A stretch of 63,366 nt of DNA, filler included, from Octopus bimaculoides (lineage: Eukaryota), in the NCBI RefSeq assembly GCF_001194135.2. It is 5 parts of 4 records of this genome, joined end to end, with 100 filler letters (N's around TTAATTAATTAA, not from the genome) between each part and the next. Parts side by side here need not be neighbours in the genome. Positions count along the whole stretch, not along the records: positions 46,618 to 56,786 come from NC_069001.1; positions 56,887 to 63,366 come from NC_068985.1; 3 more parts are not named here. One strand, 5' to 3'. Position 1 is the stretch's first letter. The number at the start of each line of letters is the position of its first letter. Under the pieces are notes generated by a model, which ran no database searches, was not told where the DNA came from, and saw only the letters and a list, made by a program, of their open reading frames with translations. Positions 53,743-63,366 of this stretch are shown one piece after another. A program made the translations under genes and the position numbers.

Positions 53743-53885
53743 CTCTATTATAGGTACAAGGCTTGTAATTGGGGGAGAGCGGGATAGTCGATTACATTGA
53801 ACCCAGTACTCAACTGTTTCTTAATTTATCGACCCCGATAGGACGAAAGATAAAGTCGACCTCGACGGAATTTGAAGTCAGAACA
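53743..53885 (-). mobile_element. Main-family SINE lacking its head, abutting the RTE fragment
   Basis: aatttatcgaccccgataggacgaaagataaagtcgacctcgacggaatttgaagtcagaac. Confidence 0.75.
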
Positions 53886-53902
53886 TACAAAACGAACCAG
53901 GA

Positions 53903-54660
53903 TCCAAGGCCTTCGGTTTGGTCATCAGTGTAAAGAGGACAGTCATCCTCACTCAGGAGGACGCAGTGAAAGGCCATATCAAGCTTGATGACAAAGAGCT
54001 TGGGACAGTGGACAGGTTCTGCTATCTAGAGTCTACTATTTCCTCCACTACTTCACTTGATGATGAGATTAACGTCAGGATAGGGAAGGCAGCAACAACT
54101 TTTGGAAGGCTGACAAAACGAGTTTGGAAGAACAAGAGTTTAGACAGCAAGACAAAGGTCAGGATTTATGAAGTGTATGTTCTCAGCACACTCCTCTGTG
54201 GATCTGAAACATGGACCTTGTACAGCAGGCAGGAAAGGTGCCTCGGCATTTTCCATCTCAGATGCCTCCGCAAGATCTTAGGCCTAACATGGCGCGACAA
54301 GGTCACCAATGTTGAAGTGCTGGCTCAGGCGAATCTTCGAAGCATGACAGCTATCTTGTGTATGAGAAGACTGAGGTGGCTGGGGGAAGTCAAGAGAATG
54401 GATGACCATCGAACCCCGAAGCAACTGCTCTATGGAGAACTGGCCCAGGGCATGAGACCAAGAGGAAGACCAAAACTGAGGTATAAGAACACTTGCAAAA
54501 CTAGTTTGTCCAAGTGTGAGGTGGATGTCGGCACCTGGGAAGAGAGGGATGAGGATAGAACAACATGGAGGACTGTGGTGAAGGAAGGAACTGCTTCGCT
54601 AGAGAGAGCAGCTACAGGAAAAAACAAGTTGAGAAGCGTCAGCGGCGAAAGGAAAGATAT
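53903..54660 (+). mobile_element. RTE-clade LINE, 5'-truncated (RT C-terminus)
   Basis: SKAFGLVISVKRT..FCYLESTIS..DDEINVRIGKAATTFGRL..RVW..KTKVRIY..VLSTLLCGSETWT..FHLRCLRKILG..WRDKVTNVEVL..RLRWLG..PKQLLYGEL..RPRGRPKLRY. It abuts a truncated SINE. Confidence 0.92.
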
Positions 54661-54880
54661 ATAGAATCATATATATGGAAGACTTATGTAATATTGGATA
54701 TTTTTGTATGGAAAACAATATGGAAGACGTATTTTATGGCAAATGTGAGTATGAAATATTTACGTATGGAAGATTACTTATGAAGAACCTATTTTATGAA
54801 AGACATGCATGTGTGGAAGCCTATATAGGGAGGACGTATATAAGAAATATTTATCTATGGAAGACAAATGTATAGGAGAT
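54660..54880 (+). repeat. Degenerate minisatellite with TATGGAAGAC-like units
   Basis: About 10 irregularly spaced variants of tatggaagac immediately after the RTE 3' end. Confidence 0.6.
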
Positions 54881-56059
54881 ATATGCACAGTAGATGTATA
54901 TATGTGTTATGATGTATGCATGTAACCTATATAGTGCTTGTATGTATGTCTGTCTCTGTCTCTGCCTCCCTTTCTCTCTTTCTCTCTCTCTCACCAGTTG
55001 TCCTTCAGCAGCTGTTCTACGACGACAAAAACGGTAATGACACCTCAGACGTTTCTCCGTAGATTGAAAAAAAAATTATGTACAATCTTAATCAATTTTC
55101 GTATCTTATTTAGCTCTCATCAGAGGTATTTCACAGCAGTTTGGTCAAACCCGGAGAAACAAGCAACCCATCTGTTTATTTACTCAACACTTACGCTGGC
55201 TACAGATAACCACAGCTACAAATTGGCGTACCGTAGGTGTGAACAATTTGGAAGACATATACAAGAGTACGAAAAACTTACTGGCCAAAGATGTATGTGT
55301 TGAAGATGAACGTATGACAGACGAAATCAGAATCTCTCGTAAAATGATTTTCAAATTATAATCAAATTACCCACGCAAAAACAACAACAAAAAATTTGTC
55401 TTGCGTCTCTTAAATGAATAAGAAGGGGTTTAATAGTTTTGACACCCTAAAATACAACCAATCTAAAATTTTCTCAATAGAAATCTCACACTTTCAGCCA
55501 CCGAAGACTGTGCTTTGAGTAGGCGGCTAATCGTTTTTATATTCTTTTTCATTTATTTATATTTTTTTCGTTTTTGACTGTTTCGTTTTTTTTTGTTTTT
55601 TTTGTTTTGTTTTTTTTGTCAATTAATTAGTGTGTCTTGTACTGGTGTGTCTTTGTCCATTTATTATGATANNNNNNNNNNNNNNNNNNNNNNNNNNNNN
55701 NNNNNNNNNNNNNNNNNNNNNNNNNNNNNNNNNNNNNNNNNNNNNNNNNNNNNNNNNNNNNNNNNNNNNNNNNNNNNNNNNNNNNNNNNNNNNNNNNNNN
55801 NNNNNNNNNNNNNNNNNNNNNNNNNNNNNNNNNNNNNNNNNNNNNNNNNNNNNNNNNNNNNNNNNNNNNNNNNNNNNNNNNNNNNNNNNNNNNNNNNNNN
55901 NNNNNNNNNNNNNNNNNNNNNNNNNNNNNNNNNNNNNNNNNNNNNNNNNNNNNNNNNNNNNNNNNNNNNNNNNNNAGTTGTCCTTCAACAGCTGTCCCAC
56001 GACGACTAAAACGGTAATGATACCTCAGACGTTTTTGTCTAAACACAGAACATTAATTG

Positions 56060-56188
56060 GCACCCTGTTTATTGTTGTTGTTGTCGTCGTCGTCATCTAT
56101 CCTCCTACTCCTCCTACTCCTCCTTACCATCATCATCATCATCATCATCCACATCAACATCATTATCATGGACCATCCTCATTATCGC

Positions 56189-56256
<68 letters not shown>

Positions 56257-56330
56257 CCGTCACCTTTAACATCATCCTCACCGTCACCACAACCATCCTC
56301 CTCCTCCTCCTCCTCCTCCTCCTCTTCATT

Positions 56331-56390
<60 letters not shown>

Positions 56391-56488
56391 TTCATCATCA
56401 TCATTGTCGTCGTCGGCGTCAACGTGATCGTCATCATCATCATTATCATCTGTGTCACCATCGTCATCAACAAGTCGACATCATTACC

Positions 56489-56520
<32 letters not shown>

Positions 56521-56560
56521 CAACAACACCATCATCATCATCATCATCATCATCAACATC
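56060..56560 (+). repeat. (CAT)n/(CCT)n/(CAA)n low-complexity block
   Basis: Read directly. Confidence 0.9.
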
Positions 56561-56562
56561 AA

Positions 56563-56775
56563 GGCGGCGAACTGGCAGGATTGCTGCACGCAAGGCGAAA
56601 TGCTCAGCGGTATTTCGTTTATCGCTACGTTCTGAATTCAAATTCCGCCGAGGTTGCCTTTCACCCTTTTGCGGGGGTCAATGAATTAAGTACCAGTGAA
56701 ACACTGGGGGTCGATGTAGCCGACTATCTTCAGCCCACCAAATTTCATGCCATACACCTCCAGTAGAAAGGATTA
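56563..56775 (+). mobile_element. Full-length main-family SINE monomer
   Basis: ggcggcgaactggcaggattg (A box), gaattcaaattcc (B box), core, tail gtagaaaggatt. Confidence 0.85.
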
Positions 56776-56952
56776 TCATCATTATCNNNNNNNNNNNNNN
56801 NNNNNNNNNNNNNNNNNNNNNNNNNNNNNNTTAATTAATTAANNNNNNNNNNNNNNNNNNNNNNNNNNNNNNNNNNNNNNNNNNNNTATATATACATATA
56901 TATATATATATATGTGTACATATATATGTGTGCGTGTACATATGAAAATATA

Positions 56953-57809
56953 CGAGGAATGATCACCAAAGCGGACTCCTAATCTGCTAAAAACAGACAT
57001 CAAATCGCCTTACCACGAATTGCGTATTCTCAAGAAAATTTCAGCAAACGCCAGAATGTAAAAATAAGCAAGGCAAATGAAAATATACAAAATTAAACGA
57101 TTACCTATGCACCATGGTTTCGTCTGTTAATATTTACGAATGTAAATATCTGCAAACTAATCACAGTAATCTGTCGCTTACAAAACATAATTTCCAAAAC
57201 TAGACACAGAACGTTCAAACGAAAGAGAAACATGTATAAACTTCTGCAAAATTATATCTGGGCGTATCTTTCAAATGTCTTCATTTTGGTGTGCTGAGGC
57301 CGGAAATAACTCTGCAGTTAATAAATTTCCGCAGCTAATTTACAGGTTAGAGACCGTGGTTATTTAGAAATTAGATAATAAAGGTACAAATTGATATTAA
57401 TCAATTAACATCAATTAAAATCAGTGCTTTAAAATTTTTTTTTTAAATCCGAAGATTATGGATTCTATTACATAGAAATATCAGAAGAATGACCACCAAA
57501 GTGGATTTCTAATATGCTAAAAACACACGTCAAATCGCCTTACCACGAAGAGTGTGTTCTCAAGAAAAATTCAGTAAACGGCAAAATGTAAGAAGTAGCA
57601 CGACAAATGAAAATATACATTCGTAAATATTAACAGACGAAACTATGGTACGTAGGTAATCGTTTTATTTTGCATATTGTCATTTGTCTTGCTCCTTTTT
57701 ACATTCTGGTGTTTACTGAATTTTTCTTAAGAACAAACAATTCGTGGTAAGGAGATTTGACGTCTATTTTTAGCATATTATGAATCTACTTTGGTGGTCA
57801 TTCCTCTTG
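56953..57809. mobile_element. TA-flanked non-autonomous DNA element with ~200-bp terminal inverted repeats and an extra internal copy
   Basis: Copy A 56954-57150 (+), partial copy B 57487-57618 (+), copy C 57613-57811 (-). TA at 56951-56952 and 57810-57811. Confidence 0.7.
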
Positions 57810-57923
57810 TATTTGTACGTAATATAATTTTTAATCTTCGAATTATTTTAAATATGCTAAGTCACTGGTTTAAATTGGTCTTACTTGATTAATATTAATT
57901 TCTACTCTCATTATATAATTTCC

Positions 57924-57971
<48 letters not shown>

Positions 57972-58669
57972 NNNNNNNNNNNNNNNNNNNNNNNNNNNNN
58001 NNNNNNNNNNNNNNNNNNNNNNNNNNNNNNNNNNNNNNNNNNNNNNNNNNNNNNNNNNNNNNNNNNNNNNNNNNNNNNNNNNNNNNNNNNNNNNNNNNNN
58101 NNNNNNNNNNNNNNNNNNNNNNNNNNNNNNNNNNNNNNNNNNNNNNNNNNNNNNNNNNNNNNNNNNNNNNNNNNNNNNNNNNNNNNNNNNNNNNNNNNNN
58201 NNNNNNNNNNNNNNNNNNNNNNNNNNNNNNNNNNNNNNNNNNNNNNNNNNNNNNNNNNNNNNNNNNNNNNNNNNNNNNNNNNNNNNNNNNNNNNNNNNNN
58301 NNNNNNNNNNNNNNNNNNNNNNNNNNNNNNNNNNNNNNNNNNNNNNNNNNNNNNNNNNNNNNNNNNNNNNNNNNNNNNNNNNNNNNNNNNNNNNNNNNNN
58401 NNNNNNNNNNNNNNNNNNNNNNNNNNNNNNNNNNNNNNNNNNNNNNNNNNNNNNNNNNNNNNNNNNNNNNNNNNNNNNNNNNNNNNNNNNNNNNNNNNNN
58501 NNNNNNNNNNNNNNNNNNNNNNNNNNNNNNNNNNNNNNNNNNNNNNNNNNNNNNNNNNNNNNNNNNNNNNNNNNNNNNNNNNNNNNNNNNNNNNNNNNTA
58601 TATATATATATATGCATATATATATATGCATATATATATGTATATGTATATATATATTTATATATGGGA

Positions 58670-58855
58670 GAATGTACGAAAAAACAACAGACGAGGACAG
58701 GTGGTGTAAATAACAAAAGGATGTATTAGTATGACACTCGGGAATACGGAAAGTCTTTGACGTTTCGAGCTACGCTCTTCAACAGAAAGAATACGGAGAC
58801 AAGGAGAAAAACACGGAGAAAAAAAATTGAATAGTGTTCAGTCAACGGTCAATAT
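58670..58855 (-). mobile_element. Short non-autonomous repeat carrying the 58754-58790 hammerhead motif, Penelope terminal-repeat-like
   Basis: A discrete non-microsatellite unit between (TA)n tracts, with T-rich flanks on the minus strand around the ribozyme core. Confidence 0.5.
58754..58790 (-). ncRNA. 37-nt minimal type I hammerhead motif with variant core CUGUUGA
   Basis: Minus strand TCTTT CTGTTGA A GAGC gta GCTC GAAA CGTC AAAGA. Stem I is a perfect 5 bp, stem II a perfect 4 bp, stem III is palindromic ACGU, and the triplet is GUC. Confidence 0.65.
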
Positions 58856-59329
58856 ATATATATATGTATATGTCAAGTCGCTCTTGAGTGCTACTGACAC
58901 CATGTAGTCCAGTACAACCTGTTTCATGATCGCGTTGTCGGCGACTAAACTGGCAACTCCATCAGGCTTGCTTTGTGGGTGGGTGCTTATTGAACACACT
59001 TCGGGACAAAAATTAAGATTCGTTAAAGGGCGGAGGATCTACAACGCAGTCATCAACCATACAACTACGTGTGTTTGTGGAGTGTTTGTGTGTATGTATT
59101 GCATATATTTCATTTTAAACTCTGTGTGCATGAGTGTTATATATATTGTATGTGTGAGTGTGCATATTGTATATTGTGTTTTAAATTGTATATATTGTAT
59201 GTCAATCTCATGTATTCCATATCATATATTTCATGTATAAATTGTATATTAATATTTTTATATATTGTACGTTTTTTTATCTATTTAAAAAATGTTATTT
59301 ATTAATAACTTTTTTTATCCAGCCTATGG

Positions 59330-60650
59330 CTGTATCTTTTACGGGGGCATAGAAATAATCAGACTTAATACCCGATCGTGCGGTTAAACCATTAGGAGTG
59401 AAGGACCCTAGCATTTGTTAGGGCATCCTTCTTGGAGAAGGCAACACAGGTAACTGGGATAACTCCGACATAATACCTGCGGTTCAGTGGTTACTGATGA
59501 TGTTGACTTGTTCTTTTCGGGTTATGGCTGCTGTTGCTTAGTGAATGGGATTGACTCAGTGCACAGCAGACCATCATTTTAAAACAATTCTTCTGGCACA
59601 GGTATTGCACGATAACAACATTGATTGATTGATGATTGTTGATAGTGCTATGAGTCTCAACTGAATGGCTGGCTGTAGCCTTAAAAAGCAAACAATCAAT
59701 GATGTACCAACACAGTATAGAAGTAAATGGCAGTAAGAACTCTGGAACCACATCACATGAAAGAGCCCGGCAGGGGCTCCAGACTTCACAGACTGAACCC
59801 CGCCGTCATCGTGCTACTGTGATAGAACCAAACAAAATATTGAATATTGTCTGTTGGAATGTACGGACATTGCTTGACCACGAGTCCTCAGAATGCCCTG
59901 AACGAAGGACTGCTCTTGTTGCAAAGGCGCTTCGACGCTATGATCTTGACATCGTTGCTGTATCGGACGCGAGATTAGCTGGAAACGGTCATCTTACAGA
60001 ATCTTGTGGAAAATATACATTCTTTTGGAAAGGCAGAAATGAAGTGTTCAGAGGAGAGTGTGGTGTGTCTTCGCTGTTAAGCCTACTCCTGTGGACAATT
60101 TGGAAGAATTCTCATTCGGGATTAACGAGCGTCTTATGTCCATAAGAATTCCTTTGTTTAAAGGAAATTATGTGACCTTGGTGAGTGTGTATGCTCTAAC
60201 TATGATGAAAAAGTTTTTTTCTACCATGCTTTGAAGGGCATTATAAGAAATATCCCTCGGGCAGACAAAGTCATCGTACTTGGTGACTTTAATGCTAGAG
60301 TGGGTAGGGATTTTAACAAATGGACTATTATTGGAAAGCATGGAGTGGGAAAGTGTAATAGTAATAGTATGCGTCTGCTGCAGATGTGCGAGGAGCTGCG
60401 TCTGTGTGTTACCAATACCATCTTTCAACAAATGAATAAGTTTAAGACCACATGGACGTACCATGCATCTAAAGATTGGCACATTCTGGATTACATCCTT
60501 GTTAGGGTGCGTGACAGACGAGATGTGCAGTGTGTTCGTGTCCTTCGTGGGGCTGAGTGTTGGACTGACCACCGCCTGATACGTGCAAAAGGGAAATTAA
60601 TCACAAAACGCAAAATCCGGGCTGCAGGTATTACCCTGCCAAAATGACTG
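59330..60650 (+). mobile_element. RTE-clade LINE 5' portion (5' UTR plus AP endonuclease), 3'-truncated
   Basis: CWNVRTLLD..PERRTALVAKALRRYDLDIVAVSDARL..YTFFWKG and IVLGDFNARVG..GKHGVGKCNSN..CVTNTIF..WHILDYILVR..ECWTDHRLI, with frameshifts. Confidence 0.9.
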
Positions 60651-60788
60651 AATGTTGTTCATCTTAGGTGTAATAGTGTGGGTTCGAGGCAGAAGCAAGG
60701 AAAATGCCCCTTGTATTTGAATACTAAGTAAATATTCTTTTCAAAAACTTTTCATTTAATTTTTCCAAGATTTTATTGTTTACCATAC

Positions 60789-60830
60789 TTACAGTTGAAA
60801 AAGTTTCAATGACCGAAACCGGTACTGAAA
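60789..60830 (+). ncRNA. Degenerate hammerhead-like motif (UUGAAAA core, ACCGGU stem III)
   Basis: TTACAG TTGAAAA A GTTTCAATGACC GAA ACCGGT A CTGAAA. Stem I pairs at 5 of 6 positions, stem III is palindromic, and stem II is weak. Confidence 0.35.
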
Positions 60831-60953
60831 TGTTTGTTAGAAAATTATACTCGCATTTTTTACCTTGACTTTTTTCCGTATATATATATATATATGCTAT
60901 TATATTGTTTAGCATTAATAATGTATTTAATTCATTTCAATTTTTTTATCCAG

Positions 60954-61063
60954 GTTGTAGAAAAGTGGACGCTAAGCGACCAGCTTTGTGATGCATGGGT
61001 AGCAAGTGATGTAATGTATTGTACAGCTTCTATATTAAACCTTACTGCTATCAGCGTAGATAG
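60954..61063 (+). CDS. Internal coding exon of an aminergic class A GPCR (ECL1-TM3-DR of DRY), most like a D2-type dopamine receptor
   Basis: Acceptor tttttttatccag (AG at 60952-60953) and donor AG|GTAAGT (61063/61064) bound 110 bp encoding [37 protein letters not shown](AG). It has the ECL1 Trp, Cys3.25, amine-binding Asp3.32, Cys3.36 and DR. Phase 0 start and phase 2 end within the DRY Arg match the human DRD2 TM3 exon as recalled ([37 protein letters not shown]). Aminergic class is secure; the subtype is inferred. Confidence 0.93.
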
Positions 61064-61559
61064 GTAAGTATATCTGACTATCTCTTTTTTTCCCTAGCTG
61101 TTAAACCCACACACAATGTTGTGTTGTTAACTGAAACACTCTTTCAGTTATTACACATTAAGATCTCATTATTCACAATATATTATTGATACCTCAACGT
61201 ATCCCTCTGCAATTGGAGCATAAACGACAATACCACTTCGGTCTCTCAAGCGATTGACATTATAAGTTGACAGAGAACTGCCGTTGTGACTATTAAGAAT
61301 CTAAATACAGTTTTTCCACTACATTCATCGCAATATCAATACCAACTTTGCCTTAAATTTGTATTATTTTATTGATAATACGAAGACGGTGAACTAGGAA
61401 AATCTTTTACGCATCGGACAAAACGCTTACCGTCATTACTTCTTGCATTTTTCATTGTTATTTTATCTAATATTAATAACATCAAATACGACACAATGTT
61501 GTCTACACGAATTATTTCTTAAAGTATTTATGTTTACATCCTGGATCTTGAGGAAAGGG

Positions 61560-61790
61560 GAGGCCATTCGATATTCCAGGTGAAAGCCCACAGGAAAGAT
61601 ATGAGCAGGGAGGAGATTCCAAGGGGCCAATGCTCTGAAAAAGAATGAGGATAGTGATTAGTGCGAGAGTGGGCAGCGGGGTGCACAACGATTATTGAGA
61701 TGTGGTAATTTGAGTGGGATAGGCGTGCCTGGGTAGTTGAAGTACAAAACCAATCAGCTCAGAACCGCTGATGACATTATAGTATAGGGA
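61560..61790 (-). mobile_element. CR1/L2/Jockey-type LINE 3' coding remnant
   Basis: Minus strand RTNHYPHSFF/RALAPWNLLPAHIFP matches the SFFPRT..WN.LP..VFP terminus. Confidence 0.55.
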
Positions 61791-62908
61791 TACAAATAAT
61801 ATCTTAGTTGATATGAAAACAATAAATTCTTATTAGATTTCATTTTTACACTCCGTGGGTTATATAAAAGTCGAAAAACAATGTGAACAAATCGATTTTG
61901 TTGAGCACAATGAAAAGTCTTCCTTGCAATTTGAAACTGAAAAATAATCTGAACGACTTTAATGAAATTGCCATCATGTTTAAGAATAGATTCACTTATT
62001 TATTGTTTGGACATAATTCAAGATTTATTAAGGAAATCCCTAGCAGATTGTTATCACAAACGCATCGTGCTCAAACTCGAGAGATATCATTTATATGCTA
62101 TTCACGTAATAATTCAAAGAATTGTGACGACATCCATAACTCCGCGTTGCAAATTAAAAGTTTAAAAACTATAATTTTAACATGAAATGTTAAAATGTCG
62201 CTTCATGCACTGGACCTCTATTAAAGAGCAGAACTCAGTTGTTGTGCTACTATTCTGGCATAACGCCATTCACCATTCAACACCCACAAAAGTATAATAC
62301 TCCACTCTTTTATACAATAAATCAATATGCTTCAAAGAAAACAGACAACATAATAAACTTTACAATAGAAACATAGACGGCAATGAGGATGATGCTAGTA
62401 TTAATGATTATTAGAATGACAATATGAACGGATAAGTAAATTGATTGTCAAGTACATGTCCATTATTAATCAATTCTGGCATTTTGTAAGTGTTTATTAA
62501 GATTAATTGTAAAAGTTTCTTTTGTCAATATTGTTAGAATTCGTCATTAAAATGATAAAAGACTTTTAGAAGTGTCTTCAAATGGCAAATGTCCGGAAAT
62601 TACCTTGAGGTGAAGAGCCCTAATAATATGATAGCATTTACAATCGTTTCAAGTATAAATAATGCCTCGAATATCTACGTAATACAATTTCAAGACAATC
62701 TGCTAGTTATATGGGTCAATAGGTAAATGAATTAAATGAACAATTTATCTGCTTATCAAATATATTTTACAATATTAATATTGCTCTCGGAATAATGGTG
62801 TGGGGCACTGCTACCGTTGTTATAGAGACAGAGAAATTTTGTCAGTTTCCACTTACATCTTTGACCCACTTCCTTATTCTCTCTCTCTATCTATCTATCT
62901 ATCTTTCT

Positions 62909-62970
<62 letters not shown>

Positions 62971-62971
62971 T

Positions 62972-63002
<31 letters not shown>

Positions 63003-63272
63003 TGCCATCTAGCTATTTATCTACCTTTCTATTTATATACATGTACATAGATAAGTTAACAAATACATACTATATATAAAATATATAAGCACCTTCAAAC
63101 AGAAAGCAGTCACAGAAGGTCGCCAAATCCTCATTAGTTATCGGTCAGAGGTTCAAAGCAATTTCGCGCTTTTAACATACAAACATATATACATACATAC
63201 ACACACGCATACATACATACATACATACATACACACACATACATACATACATATATGCATACATGCATACAT

Positions 63273-63305
<33 letters not shown>

Positions 63306-63366
63306 TACATACAAACAGACAAACATACATACATACATACATACTTACATACATACATACATACAT

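Noticed and set aside
59330-59470. HDV-like ribozyme at the RTE 5' end
   Set aside because: Only two simple hairpins were found (ccctagc/gttaggg, ccttct/agaagg). I could not build the nested double pseudoknot by eye; a descriptor search would be decisive.
61064-61100. Acceptor-like tttttttccctag at 61097 as the start of the next receptor exon
   Set aside because: It would imply a 34-nt intron, turn the DRY Arg into Ser and hit TAA two codons later.

Overview
AT-rich, gap-ridden animal genomic DNA full of microsatellites (TA, CA, GA, TATG, GATA, ATT) and interspersed repeats. The repeat landscape suggests a coleoid cephalopod such as Octopus, which is an inference from sequence style only. 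The only host coding exon I can support is 110 bp on the + strand (60954-61063). It encodes ECL1-TM3-DR(Y) of an aminergic GPCR, and its length and splice phases match the vertebrate DRD2 TM3 exon. No TM1-TM2 exon is visible upstream, so most of the window is probably one very long intron (>60 kb). That interval holds a disabled intronless DENR retrocopy (31109-31664), many tRNA-derived SINEs (including a recurrent dimer), and fossils of Penelope-like, RTE, CR1/L2-like, Gypsy, Helitron/HINE, mariner, maT and hAT elements. Main observations: (1) a recursive-splicing ratchet-point signature (long pyrimidine tract, CAG|GTAAGT) at 26836/26837 on the receptor strand, followed by a 99-nt stop-containing candidate RS-exon; (2) five minimal type I hammerhead-ribozyme-like motifs of the Penelope type, including core variants (A6U; U3-A8) and a palindromic twin inserted into a Penelope endonuclease; (3) several long fold-backs that would give dsRNA in the pre-mRNA. 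Four 100-bp gaps carry an artificial TTAATTAATTAA linker, so order and distance across them are uncertain. Most ORFs in the supplied track are translations of microsatellites or N runs. All folds, alignments and motif scans were done by eye, and repeat boundaries are approximate.
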